Shown: positions 37,718 through 50,893, numbered from the whole stretch's first letter. The stretch: DNA of 63,050 nucleotides, filler included, from Olpidium bornovanus S191 (GCA_017911155.1; 34 parts of 34 records of this genome joined end to end with filler, not necessarily neighbours in it); one strand, 5' to 3'. Notes: generated by a model not told the origin, from the letters alone. Numbers and translations are program-made.

Positions 37718-38989
37718 GGTTATGGCAAGTTGCTGTTCAAGTTATGTGTTATACGGTGCTGGACTTACCTTGCCCTTGTTATCCTGCCCGGGAGCGCCAA
37801 TTGCCAGCCCAAAAAGGCGTGACCGCAAGAAAAAGGAGGAAGAGGCCAGGGACAGCGTGGGCTCTTGCTGCAAGGCATCCAGCGGTCTGGGCTAGTCCCT
37901 CGTTGCCCTCTTAGGCCCGTTCGGAGGAGAGTTCGAAGGATTCTCGGAAAGGGGACTTGAAGGAGCTTCCAAGGGGAGCTCAGCTGCTACCTGCCTCCTA
38001 CGTTCCCTGCCGTACCACCCAGGGAGCTGCCACCCTCTGCCGTGGGAGTCGCAGTCGCAAGCCGTCCTTCAGAGATCGCGCAGAAGCGGTTTGTTTTTGT
38101 TTTATTTGTTCGATGGTTTGCAAGTGGCTGGGGGAGGGGGGGAGGTGGCGCCAACGGAAAGCAAAACAGGAGGGGGGTCTCCTTGCCGAAGGAGGGCACA
38201 TTGTCCTCCGACACCGGCGTGCCGAAGGGTCCGGGGGGTGCGGCTTCGGCGGCGGCAGCGGCGGCGTGTCGATCGTTGGCACTGAATTCCTGGATTCGCG
38301 GACAGTTGGCGTAGAAGTGCCGGATGTCCGGGCCGCAGACCGTGCAGACCATCCCGCCATCTCGCTGATCAGGCCGAGGGGTGGGAGGGTGGCAGGGTGC
38401 AAGGTGCAGGGTGCAGGGTGCAGGGCGCAGGGGGTGGCAGGGTGGCAGGATGGCTAGGGCCTTTGCTGCGGACGGCGGGCGTTGGCGGTGCACGGGACGT
38501 ACCTTCCTCCTCCGAACGACACACAGCGCCCCTCCTGCGGTTGCCTATCCAGCTCCTTCGATAGATCTTTCGAAGAGCGGCGCGGGACGCTCTCCCTTGC
38601 TCTCCCCTCTTCTTCCCCCTCGTCGACACCTCCGCCTCGTTCCAAGGAGGGCGCCGACGCCGTTCATAGACTCCGCCGTCGCAAGGCAGCCGAAGGCGGG
38701 TTGGTTCCTTCCGTTGTTTATATTTCGTGGTTTTTTTCCCTTTGCAAGAAGGGGCGGGGTCGTGCAAGGTTTGTTTTTTTAAGGGGGGGGGGGAAAGCTA
38801 CGTAAGGGCTGGCCCCGCGGCCCGGCCGCGGCAGCGGACCTCTGAAGTGCCTGGACAGCTAGATCGGGCTCTCGCAAGGTGCAAAACGCGCCGATTTAAC
38901 ACCACTCCAGATACCATGAAAATCGCGACAGAGACCTCCAATCTTTATAAAAACCTCGTCCGCGTTCGGATATTCTCGATATCGATGTT

Positions 38990-39285
38990 TTGTACCGAAG
39001 TCTCCAGTGGCTACCTCGAACGTCCCCCGACACCGCGGCGGAGAATTCATGAGCGATTCCTACAAGGGGAGGTTAATAGCCCACGGAATCTGCATAGAGA
39101 CCACAGTCCGCGAGACCCCGCAACAAAATGGGATCGCCGAAAAAATCAAAAGAACGCTAGCAGACCAAGCAAGGTCAACCATGGTCGCCACCAAGCTACC
39201 CCCAAAGCTATGGGACAAATTCTGGGGGACCATGATACACCTCTACAGCAGGTATCCCCATAAAACACCTCGGCGGAGGAATCCC
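38990..39285 (+). mobile_element. Ty1/copia integrase (rve) fragment, degenerate
   Basis: RGGEFMS...HGICIETTVRETPQQNGIAEKIKRTL...ARSTM...LPPKLW. Confidence 0.88.
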
Positions 39286-39784
39286 NNNNNNNNNNNNNNN
39301 NNNNNNNNNNNNNNNNNNNNNNNNNNNNNTTAATTAATTAANNNNNNNNNNNNNNNNNNNNNNNNNNNNNNNNNNNNNNNNNNNNCATGGGAGATGTCGG
39401 AATAGAACGTTTGAGATGAAAGGAACCCCCTGGAAAAATGTGAACAACTCGAGATTGAAACCGCAAAAAGTATTTAATGAAGGAATTTGGAGAAAAAAAG
39501 AAATATTTAATTGGACCGTAGCCGGATAGGAGTTTTTTTCTCCGCGCGCAGCCGCTCCCTCTCGTGGCCCGTGCTCCGCTTGGATGGGTTGAGTGGGGGG
39601 CCTCCGACCTGTGCGTTTGTCGTACGTCGGGGCGGGTTGAGGGAGGAGGGGGGGCCCATCTCAGAGCGGCTGCGGGCGCCGTGTGGAATTTCGCGAACTG
39701 GGGAACGCGCGAAGATCCAGCCGTCCCACGTTTTTGGCCGCGTTCGCGTGCCGGCCCACCGCACTGCCGACCGACACGGCAAAC

Positions 39785-39968
39785 ATGGCAAGGGCCAAGA
39801 AGGGCGCGGCAGCACTGCCGGCGCCTTCCGCCGCCGGCAAGAGGAGGAGGGCCGCAGAAGGCGGTGGAGGAATCGGCCGTGCTGGTTCCCCCCTTGGCGG
39901 GGTGCCGGCGTCGACGTGGACGGTCCCCACCAAACCAGGCGGCGGACGACAGGCTACTCCAGTGACGT

Positions 39969-40004
<36 letters not shown>

Positions 40005-41150
40005 CGGACTGCGACCCGCCGCATGCGGACGGGGCGCGGGGGGGCCGGAGGCGCCACGGATCGGCTGGCGAGGAAGGGTGAGCGGATAGAACCCTCTCCC
40101 TCTCCTCCTCTCTCCTCTTTCTTCTTCGTTTCTCGATCTCAGATGGTTTCCGATCGCGGAGGCGACCGGTGTCGTTCCCCAAATACGGCCTCCCGCCCTC
40201 CCCCTCCCCGCTGCACCACATTGTCCAGTCACTACTGTCGACCGACGCGAGCAACTTCGCGCGGTGGACCGTTGCTCACGCGGGACTTCCTTGCGTGTCT
40301 TTCGTCGCTCCGCGTGGTCCAGAGACGACGACCTCATGGCCCTGGTTGCGAAAATTCAACGTGCGTCCTCAACGCCGGATGTTTCCGACTGGCGAAAGGC
40401 GGACGACAACGCAAGGCCCCAAACCGAGCTCCGCAGAAGCTGTTCTTCTCGGCAACGGAGCTCTTGCTCGACGAAAGCCGCCTTGTTTTCGTCACGTTCT
40501 CGTCTCTCGGAGCCACGCCGGGCCCGCAGCGACGTGCGCGCTTGACGCGGAAGCTGACTTTCTGTGAACTGATCTTTGTTCCGCTTGCCGATCAACCAAA
40601 CGCGAAAACTAACGCGCGACGAAAGGCCGCCACGACGAGAAAAACGTTTCTACTCTTGACCGCCTCGATTTCCAAACGAGCGAGTCTGTCCGGCTTATGA
40701 AGCAGGCGGCCGAGGAGCTGGTGACCAGCCACCGGGCCGAAATGTACGGATCGGGGGGGTTTAGTATTCTTATTTTTTGACCTCGTGTGTGCATGCGAGA
40801 GCGCGAACTAGGAGCGGGGGGGGAAAGGGCGGACCGGTTTAGTAGTGTAGGCAAGTCTGTCCCGGTGAACTTAAATGTTCAAACCATGGCGGGATCGTTT
40901 GCAGTAAAGAGCTGATCGCGCGGCACCAGGGTACTATCGATGTGTTGGAAGCGGAGCGGAGGAACATTCTGAACCGACTTTACGCAGAGACCAAGCGCCT
41001 CCATGTGAGAAAAGTTCGGTGCCGCTTATTGTTGGCATGCGCCTCCGTTCCCACATACGATTTACGCGGGAACCTATTTGCGCTGCAATAGAGCATCAGC
41101 TCCGCCGCCGGGAAGGTGCTGAAGGAACAATCGGCGAACATTGCCGTCGC
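39785..41150 (+). CDS. Hypothetical multi-exon protein
   Basis: MARAKKG... first exon ends at G|GTGAGC near 40078; later short helical exons bounded by GT/AG; no family recognised. Confidence 0.4.
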
Positions 41151-42169
41151 GCATGAAAGCTACGTCGGCGCCCTCATTGGAACCGAGACGGGTGCGTCCA
41201 TTATATCCAACCTCCCCCCTCGCGAACCCTATTTCAACCCGTATTTGGCCGGAGGCGCTCCGGTCAAGCCCCAACTTTTAAATTCCTGCCTTTCAAATTC
41301 AACGTAGCTGACGTCGGGCGCATTCAGGCTTTGAGTGACGGCTTATTTGAAACCTCGGAACCAAGGCCGGAGTCGTCCACATCGGAGGCAGAAAGAGCAC
41401 AGCCGTCCGAGAACGTGCGTGACCGCTGTGTCGTGCCGCCCGTGTTATTTTGCTGGCCAGGTAGGATCCCGGAAAGAGCTGAACGTACTTTTTCAGGCGC
41501 CCCCGGTATCGGAGAATCCCCCTCCCAAAAGCAAAAGGAGGAAGCGCGAGAAGGCCCACCCGGCTCCGTCCGCGGTCGGCGCCTCGATCGGGTGCGTCAC
41601 GCGCTCGATGAGCAGGAACGCGAACTGACAAACGGCGGAAGCACGCCGCTCTCTGCCTACGCCGCCGCGAGCGCTCTGCGTAACTCCCGGTGTTCGGCCG
41701 GCCCGCAGGCGTACCAGTTACTGTTTCTCGCCGGCCGACTCGCTCCTCCCTTCCAGGTGCCTTTTCCCTTCTCCCCCTCCCCTTTTCACCCGACGAGTTG
41801 CTGCTCGGCCTTTTAATTTTCCGTAGACTTCCGTCGGCAGTCGCCGCAACTAGGTGATCGCCTAGTACGCGCTGTTTCTGCGGCATGTCTGTTATGCGCA
41901 TTGCTTAGGGTTAGGGTTACTTAGGGTTTGCCTCGGCGTGTCAATTTGACGACAAGCCTTCTTCAGCAGTCCTCCGGTGTATGCGGTTTTGTTCGGCCTT
42001 CNNNNNNNNNNNNNNNNNNNNNNNNNNNNNNNNNNNNNNNNNNNNTTAATTAATTAANNNNNNNNNNNNNNNNNNNNNNNNNNNNNNNNNNNNNNNNNNN
42101 NCATGACTGTGCGACGGAAAACGTCGTGAGCGAATCTACAATATTCACACTCCACTTCTTAGCACCAGG

Positions 42170-43262
42170 CACGGAAACAGCCACTAACGTTCCACCGCAA
42201 AACTCCACGCTGGTTTCCCTCCATTTGGGGTTGCCAACGTCGGCCATCAGATCCTCGACAGGCACACCGATGGAGATAACGCGAACTGGATCCGGGTAAA
42301 CTTCACCGAAAACGGCACGTAAGCCGTTGATGGCCTTGGCAACTGCAAGGGGCACTTCGCGAGAGAATACGGGAACATTCCGAGCCACCAACTCTTGGCA
42401 GATTCGCTCGATTTCTGTCAGTTGCGCGGGGGTGCAGGGGGACTTATGGGTAAAGTCAAACCGGAGCTTGTCGGGCGCAACAAGAGAGCCCTTCTGATCA
42501 ACCGCCGGTCCCAGGACCTTCGCCAGGGCAAAGTTAAGGATGTGCGTGCCAGTGTGGTTGTTGCGGAGCGGCCAACGGCGGAGCTGAAGTTTGAGTTACG
42601 GGTAAGTAGCGGTCAGCGTGCACGTTTTGTTTTCATTGGTCAGACACAGGAAATGCAGGCATTCAGCACCGGCGAGAATTAAGTTGGCAAGCGTACCTCA
42701 TCGTATGTGCAAACTACCGTGTCGCCCACTGACAACTCGCCATATTTGAGGTAGCCAATGTGCACAACGTACCCCCCATAGGCCTGGACCGTCTCGACCG
42801 CAAAATCCGAACGGCCATCGATGGCTAGCGTGCCGTGGTCAGCCTCCTGACCCCCTGCTTCCGCGTAGAAGTTTGTTCGGTCAAGGATGACTCCGATAGT
42901 CGCTTCGTTGCCAACCGACCTGACAAAGTCGGAGCCCGTGTAGAGCGCGACAATCTTAGCCTCAATCTGCTCCTTGCCGTACTTAAACGAGTCGTCTGTC
43001 TTTTTGACATTCATCCTGTCCACTTCGGCAATAGCATGCACGTTGAGCTTGATATCAGCAGCGGAGGCCGAGCCCGCACGCCCGGCACGACTTCTTTCCT
43101 TAGCGCGCTCCTGTTCGGCGAGGAACTCGAGCTCGTCCACGGCCATGCCGTTCTCCTCTGCCATCAAGCGCGTCAAGTCCACTGGGAAGCCGTACGTGTC
43201 GTACAACTGCCATACGTCGACGCCCGAGATTGACTTTCGCCCGGCATCACGCGCCTGGGCAA
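42170..43262 (-). CDS. ALA1: Alanyl-tRNA synthetase, internal fragment
   Basis: [60 protein letters not shown]. Confidence 0.98.
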
Positions 43263-43657
43263 NNNNNNNNNNNNNNNNNNNNNNNNNNNNNNNNNNNNNN
43301 NNNNNNTTAATTAATTAANNNNNNNNNNNNNNNNNNNNNNNNNNNNNNNNNNNNNNNNNNNNCGCCCCCCCCCTTTTTTGGCCCCCCCCCCCCCCCCCCC
43401 TCTTTGCCCCCGCCCCCCCCCCCCCCCCCCCCACCTCCACCCCACCCCCGCGAGTTGTCGGATTCAGAGAAAACTCGCCGCACCTGTGCGGGAAGGGGGA
43501 TCATCGTCAAAAGCGAACCGGGGGGGGGGGGGGGGGGGGGGTTTTCGCGAGCAGCACGCACACGCGGCGCACATGGCCGCAATCATCTCCCAGCGCCGCG
43601 AAAACGGTTGAAATAAGTCTCGCGACCGCTCTGTCTCGCGAAACGTGAAGGAGAGAG

Positions 43658-43691
<34 letters not shown>

Positions 43692-43794
43692 AAAAACAAA
43701 AACAAAAACAAAACACGCGGCCGGCAACGGCGAGCGGGAAAACTTTTTCCACAATTTTGCCTCCTGCATGCTACAAAAAAAAGAAAAAGGGAAG

Positions 43795-43837
<43 letters not shown>

Positions 43838-44664
43838 AAAGGGGTTTTTCCCCCCCCCCCCCCCCCCCCCCCCAGCGACCGTTCGCACGCCGCAATTTTT
43901 CGACGTTTCGTGGTCCCTGCAAGATGATATTATTCACGAGCTTTGAAACAGAATTAAGACGATTTTTTCCTTTTTTTTTTTTTTTTTTTTTTTTTGTTCC
44001 AGCTGACGCTTTCCTGTCGCGCCGGGATGCTTTTTTGCCTTCTTTCTTTCTTTTTTTTTTTTTTTTCGTCCGCTGTCGACCGGGCGCTCGCCAAGTTTTT
44101 TTTTTTTTTTTTTTTTTTTGGTTTTCGGCCCCCCCTCGCCCCCCTCCTTTCGGGGGTGTGGGTGCCGGCCGGGTGTAAATTTTTTGAGGGGAGAGTGTTT
44201 GTGTCCGAAGACGCGACAAGATGCGCGGCGCAAAAAAGAAATGGCGCCCGCGAGTCAGGGTGCAAAAACCGCCGGCGGGAAGGGGGGGCGGGAACTCGGC
44301 ATTCTGCGTTGGCTTGTGGGAAACCCCACGCAAAAGTCGTCCGCGGGTTCGCTCCAACCAGAAATCCACCCCCCCCAGCCCCACCCCCGGCCCGGGCGTA
44401 TCCCACCAATCGGGTCAAGAGCCGGCGCCGCGAAGCGATAGTAGGGAAAGAGAGGTTTCGAGGAATGCGGCGTTCTCTTTCGGGGCGAGCCCAGCAAGGG
44501 TTGATTGATCGGCTATGCTGGGAAAAGAGACCAGATCATGCGGGGAACGTGGACATCCTTATTTCTCGTATGGACCGGCTATGTGGAACAACGCAGGACC
44601 GAGGGCAGGGTCTCCTCCAGCATTGATTCCGATTGAGAACCGGCGGCAACGACGGTCCCAGAGT

Positions 44665-46196
44665 CTAGCGCTTCCCGGGCCGGTCGCTTGCATGCTCGGC
44701 ACCCTCTTTGGATCTGGCCCGCGAGGCGGCCTCGCCGACGGAAACGGTCTTCGGCGGGACTTTGCGGTGGGCGCGGTGGCCTGCCGTCCGGGCGGCGCTC
44801 TCGCCGACGATGCCCGCATCGTCTGCGCGCGACAGCTCGTCCATGGTCCCGCCAACTTCGGAAGCAGGCTGCTGCGCGGGGCGGTCTCCCGGGCGCTGCT
44901 TCTTCCCTGCGCGCACCGCTTTCGGGTCGACGTAGGGGATATGTTTCGCCTTCAGCTGCTCCCGCTCCTGGGGCCGGGAGTCGCCGTACCCGTAGTCGTG
45001 GTCGCCGACCTTGTTGCGGGCGTGAGCGTTCCGGGCGTAGGCGCGCATGAAGTCTTGCGGCAGCTGCTGCCTGCTGGCGTCGTCCAGCGAGGCGTCGTCG
45101 AGCGCTTCTCCGACGTCCACGTGGGGCAGGCCGCCGGTCAGGTGCGCCGCCCCTCCGATGGGCGACCGCGCGCCGTCGTCGGATCCTCGCAGCGACGACA
45201 CGATCTCGGACGCGCGGCCGGAGACGTCGTCGACGTCCTCGAGCCAGTCGATCTGGCCCCCGGACTGCGCGCCCTCCCCGCGCTGCTGTGATTTTTCCTG
45301 GAACTTCAGCACGGACGGGTGCAGCGTCTGAAAAGGGAGAGGCTTGAGATCGGAGACCGGCACGCGGGCGGAGGACGACTGGCAAAAAAAAAGATTGGTT
45401 CCGGCAACCCGGGCGTGAAACGAAGACATCGGAACGATAAAAAGCCACGAACGCCCGGCGGCGTTCGGGGTTAGAGTTTTACGATAGGGGCACACGATCC
45501 AGGATGCGTTGAAAAGATCGTTGGCGCGGCGTGCTTACGCGCTCGTCTTCGTCTACAGACGGGCGCAGCGGTTCTGCGGGGGGTGATTTGTAACCGCCGT
45601 TTTCCGCCGCGGGCTGAAGGCGGTGAGTAGAGGCGTTCGCAGGCGTCGTCTGTCTGACAACGTCAGTACTACTTGCCAGATGCCGCGGACGGCCACGGTC
45701 CAAAGTAAAACTTTGCGCCGGCTGTCCGTAAAACTCACGCTGGGGCGAGCGGCTTGCGTGTACCACTCCCGCTTGAGCTCCTCGGCCACGCTTTCGGCGA
45801 GATCAGTCATGTTGCCGACGTCCGGGGCACCCACCACGTTTCCCGGAAGGGCCGCCTCGTTCACGGCAGAGCTATAGTACTGGGAGGAGATCGCCTGCTC
45901 GAGGTCTTCCTGCTGGTCGTCGACCTTCATCCGGACGAGCACCGTCGCAACCGACTGGCCCGTGATCATCACCCGGCGCCCGGCGAAGGAGGAGAAGCGG
46001 TAAAGTCGAACGGCCGCCCGCGGGAGTCCGCACGGAGTGATCGTGGGGGGGGGGCAGGGGGGGAGTTGAGCCAAGAAAAAAAAAAAAAAAAAAAGGCAGG
46101 CCTTACCACGTTGACGGTGGCGTCCGACTCCGCCTCCTGCTCGACGCGCCTCTCCTGCGCGGCGTTGTGGCGGGCCTGCTTGATCCTTTCCGCCGC
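44665..46196 (-). CDS. Hypothetical multi-exon protein, 3' part
   Basis: Long open segments at about 45960-45650 and 45360-44665 bounded by splice-like sites; no family recognised. Confidence 0.5.
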
Positions 46197-46316
46197 NNNN
46201 NNNNNNNNNNNNNNNNNNNNNNNNNNNNNNNNNNNNNNNNTTAATTAATTAANNNNNNNNNNNNNNNNNNNNNNNNNNNNNNNNNNNNNNNNNNNNGGTG
46301 TGGGGTGGGGGGGGGT

Positions 46317-46367
<51 letters not shown>

Positions 46368-46400
46368 GCGGTGATCAAAGGCGCGGGAAAAAAAAATTAC

Positions 46401-47612
46401 CGTGATTAACACGCCCAACGCCAAAGTGTGAAGGTCTGCGCCGTCGTCTCCCTCCGCGGAAAGTATCCGGAGGGCTTCTCCAAGCTCTCCCGCGAGAACG
46501 CAGAGCGGAAAGAGGCCGGCGGCGGACAGGACGCTGTTGTAGTAAACGAGGTCGAGGGTGACGTTGCCGACAATCTCGAGCGACCTCTTGATAACGATGG
46601 TGTGGGCGGCGGTGGTGGCCGAGGAGAAGACGCCGAAGAAAACGCCGAGCGCCGTCGTCTTCAGCGAGCCAAGCTCGCCCGTCACCCCCGTCAGGAAGCC
46701 CGCGCACACCACCAGGCAGCACAGCAGGACCGCGCGCGAGGATGGCTGTTTCAGCACGACCCAGCTCAGGGCCACGGTAAAAGGCAAGACGAGAGCCCGT
46801 GCGACCTTTTTTTTTTTTTTTTTTTTTTTTTTCACGGCACGTCGGAAAGGGGGGAGGTCAACAAGAAGAGCCACGGAGACGTTTTTCGGGATGCCGGGGG
46901 CAACCCCGAGGAATCGCCGTGGCGTCCTGACCTGGTAAAACGACGCGTCAACCATCTGCAGGGTGAACGTGTTGCTGGCTAAGCCTATCACGTTGACGGC
47001 GATCAGCGGCCAGAGGGCCTTGCAGGTCTTCCGATCTAGTTCAGGTAACGTCAACCACCCGCACATCTGCGAGAAGCGCAGGAGAACGACCGCGAGCACG
47101 ATCTGCAAGAACAGGAACGTAAGCGGCAGCGGGACCGAGTTGAGGACCGCCTTGTTGACCATAATCATGATGATCGCTGGTGACGCGGGAACGGGAAGTA
47201 GGCGACGGAGTTCGGACGAGGTTCAGAGGGAAGCGAAATTTATGCCAGGAGTTCGGGGGCCGGCATGCAGCTGAGACGCTCAGACAAGGCCTCGGCCCGC
47301 CCGCCCAGGCCAAAACTCCGTGGGCCGCCCGCCCGCCGGCCCAGTCCGCCGGGTTTCCGGTTTGAACCGAAGAAAATATGTGACGGGCGAGAGAGTGCGT
47401 CTTCCAACCCCACTGTCACGAGCTGCGACAGCCGGGCTTCCGTCGCTTTCTTTGAAAGATAAAAAAAAATCGTCCGCCGCGCCGGGTGGGTCGAGAAGGT
47501 TTCGGGGTCGTCGCCCTTAGAACGGCCACTCACCGGTGACCATGTAGAACGACACCGAGAAGACTACCATGCCCCTCGAGGGCGGCGCCTGAGCGGCCGG
47601 CACTTGATCCAT
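46401..47612 (-). CDS. Nucleotide-sugar transporter, GDP-fucose-transporter (SLC35C1)-like; 3' end missing
   Basis: VSFYMVTAIIMIMVNKAVL, NTFTLQMVDASFYQVARALVLPFTV, GVFFGVFSS, LVYYNSVLS. Confidence 0.8.
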
Positions 47613-47666
47613 CGTTTTGAGCTGCGCGCGGTTGCGGGGCTGAGAGAGTTGCGGCAAGGCGAGGAT

Positions 47667-47702
<36 letters not shown>

Positions 47703-48373
47703 CGGCGGGGGGGAAGAGGGGCGGGCCGAATTCATTCACCGGGTCGCCTCCTGCTCGCCCTTGACCGGCGGGATTCCCTCCTCGATCCCGTACATGTCCG
47801 GGCCGGCGTACGTGATGTANNNNNNNNNNNNNNNNNNNNNNNNNNNNNNNNNNNNNNNNNNNNTTAATTAATTAANNNNNNNNNNNNNNNNNNNNNNNNN
47901 NNNNNNNNNNNNNNNNNNNTCATGCGAGCCGGGCGGCGAAGCAGAGGTGTAAAGGAGAAACTAACGTGGTCTGTCCGCAAACAGTTGACGCCACCGAGTG
48001 TCTACCCAGTGGTAGATCTCGGTGAAATGGAAGCAGGTGCGATCCGGGTTGTCTCGTTGTAGTGAGTCGAAGGCGCTGACGAGAACGGTCGTCCTGCGCG
48101 CCGTCGGCCACCACCGTGAAAGGTTATTCGGTATCAGAAGGAGAGCCGCGAAGTTCACAATATCGTTACACGCGAACGGAGGCGTTATATACAGGATCAC
48201 CACTCCAGGGCTCACCAAGTGGCGTTCCTCCGTCTGCTCCCCGGGTTTTTCACCTTTGGCTTGACGGCTGTGGCCGTTGATCCCGGAGGCCTTGCGCGGA
48301 AGCAAACGTCATCACCACAGTCAGAACCTAACAGTCCCGATAAAAGGAAAATCCGGCAGCTCCATGCGACTTC

Positions 48374-49519
48374 TCACCTCCCGACTTTACGCTTCGGCGT
48401 CGCGGGTGTCGCAGCTGGGCCTGGCGGCCGCAGCCCAGGCTGCGAGAGGAGGGCAGCGGAATTGCGCCCGTTAGCGACGCTGGCGATTGCCGAGGTCGGG
48501 GAGGCGGTTGCGGCGTGAGACGCGACGCCGCGTCTCGCTTCGGAGACCATCCCAACCCGGTAACGGCCGCTCTGGACGGCGGCGGCCTCGCGTGCGTACG
48601 GCGACCATGTGCGGTCATTAATCGGCGAAGAGTCACGGGAAGACGGGGAAGGCGAAGACGACGACGAAACGGATGACCCGCGCGCCGCGCGGCGATGGTC
48701 GCGGGGGTTGCCCCTACAGAAGCCCGTATCGGGATTCCACCGATTTCGTGCGGGCGAGCCGGAATTATGGCGAGTCGGCGTGTACGGGAAGCCTCCGTAG
48801 AATGAAAAGCGCGGGTAGTTCAGGCGACGAAGGTGGGCCGGCCCCCCATGGTAGCCCTGGAGGGCGACCCGCTGAAATTCGGCGTCCTCGGAGTCCCCCG
48901 ATGAGCTATCCTCGTCATCGTCCGATTCCGATTCCGTGACCTCCGCTGCCTCCTTCTCCGCTCGATCCACGGGCATCTCCTGTTGACGGGGTTGCTGAAA
49001 CTGGGGTACATCACACATCGCGGTACGATCATAAAACGCCTGGGCGTTCGTCCTGAAGAGCGAGGCGAGGCTGAAGATTGCGTCGTTCTCCTGCTGCGAC
49101 CGCGACTCGCCCGCGGCACCTTTAGCCGAGGGCGTGACAGGCTCGGACCGCGGCGGTCGTTTGATGTCGCGACAGCTGTGGGGCTTTACGGGAGTCGCGC
49201 GGGTTTGGGGCAGACGTATCAACTCGAAGTCGGATGATTCCGTGGATTCGTCGTTGCCTGCAACCGCCAACGTTCAAAAATATGTGAGCAACAACAGAAA
49301 ACGGCGGGAGACCACCTTGGATGATAAAAGACCGACGGCGTATCGCTTACTGTCGCTGTGTCCCCCATCGGATTTTCCGCCTTCGTCCGGGGCGCCTGCC
49401 GGGAGGTTGCCGCCGCCGTCTACGTATTCAGTAAGCGTCCACGTCCCGTTCGGGCCCGCCTCGAACTCCGGGTTCTCGACGAGAGACCTCCGGAGAATCC
49501 CCAGCCAGTTGTTAGACAT
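48374..49519 (-). CDS. Hypothetical, largely disordered multi-exon protein
   Basis: Open frames 49519-49350 and 49270-48374 with splice-like boundaries; no family recognised. Confidence 0.4.
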
Positions 49520-49621
49520 GANNNNNNNNNNNNNNNNNNNNNNNNNNNNNNNNNNNNNNNNNNNNTTAATTAATTAANNNNNNNNNNNNNNNNNNNNNNN
49601 NNNNNNNNNNNNNNNNNNNNN

Positions 49622-49827
49622 ACTGTCCTTGACCGCCTTGAGGTCGTGGACACAGTCGTGCTCCGCATGCGTTGTACGCCTAGAGGGGTGTACGGTGGCG
49701 TCGTGCTTTCGCCCGCTCTTCCTTCCATGGTTGCTTCTCTCCGTTCCGTGGTTCTGCTTCGGACGGAGAGGAGGCGGTAGTTCTCTTCTTCGGAGTCGCG
49801 GGAGTCGCGGGTTGGGCTCATAACCTG
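49622..49827 (-). mobile_element. Second Ty1/copia 5' end: LTR end (CA at 49827-49826), PBS 49825-49814, gag N-terminus
   Basis: TTCA|GGTTATGAGCCCAA on the minus strand; MEGRAGESTTPPYTPLGVQRMR resembles MEEKRSTTPLNSPSTMEVERWR of the 8068 element. Confidence 0.7.
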
Positions 49828-50657
49828 AACGACGGACGTGAACCAAAGGAAACAAGAGGGGAAGACAAGTGCACAATGGAGGGTGGAGACAGCGGACGGC
49901 GGGCAGCGGAGGCTGCACCGCGCGGTTCGGAACGCTGTAGAGTTTCTACAAGCTTTTGGTTTGTTTTGTATGGCGTCGGCGTGCGGGATTTACAAGGGAA
50001 GAAAGGAGGGATGATTCCCGTAGGAGTCTGCGCCACCGGCTACGTCCGGCCCCCTTTTCCCCTTTTTTCCAACCCCCCCCCCCCCCCCCCCACCCAGGCG
50101 GCAGAGGGAGAGGGGAGGGGTGTTGGCGAAACGAAATCCGTAGATTGGCCGCGCTGTCCTTGCACGTTTCCCAATATGCCCCCCCCCCTCCCCCTTCCTC
50201 CGAAAAACCCCTCGGCCCGGCGGATGTAAACAAATCAGCTTCCCTCCCCGCTTGCGCGACCGTTGACAAAGAAGCGAAAAGCTGCACCTCAACCAAATCA
50301 AGCGCGAGAACGACCTCAAACAGCGCAATCGAGAGCGTTTGACTCCCTGTACAACGCAACCGCCGAGTTTAATGGACACGCGGACTCCGGACCGGCCGAG
50401 ATCCCATAATTTTTTCCTGTTTTTTTTTTGCGTGTGAGGCGCTCGTATTTATACGTACAAAGAATGCCGGCGCGAAATACAAAACAAAACAAGGCCCAAA
50501 CGGCGCAACAAAAACGCGTCCCTGGCATCCCGGGCAATCCGAGAGACTCGTCGCCCGCGGCCTCCGAAAAGAACCGGTCTAATCGTGTATTTCTTTTTTT
50601 TTTTTTTTTAATTTCGTATTTACACGTCCGCGTAATTTTGCCCCGTTATTTGCTGCC

Positions 50658-50893
50658 TCACATAAACCCGCCGGCAAACTTGCGCGTTATCTCCCGGAGC
50701 TCCGCCTCGAGCTCGGGGGAGAGGACGCCGGTTGTGCGAATTTTTTCCAAAAGGCCCTTGTGCTCGATGGCGAGGTAAGGCAGGAACGCTTTCTCGAACG
50801 CGACGACCCGCGCCACGGGGATCTTGTCGAGGAAGCCGTTGACGCCCGCGAAGATGATGCACACCTGCTGCTCGACCGGCAGCGGGTTGTACT
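50658..50893 (-). CDS. ATP1: Mitochondrial F1 ATP synthase alpha subunit, C-terminus
   Basis: QYNPLPVEQQVCIIFAGVNGFLDKIPVARVVAFEKAFL...LSPELEAEL. Confidence 0.96.

Noticed and set aside
49814-49825. GGGCTCATAACC as part of a tRNA-iMet gene
   Set aside because: No D or T arms around it; context fits a minus-strand PBS
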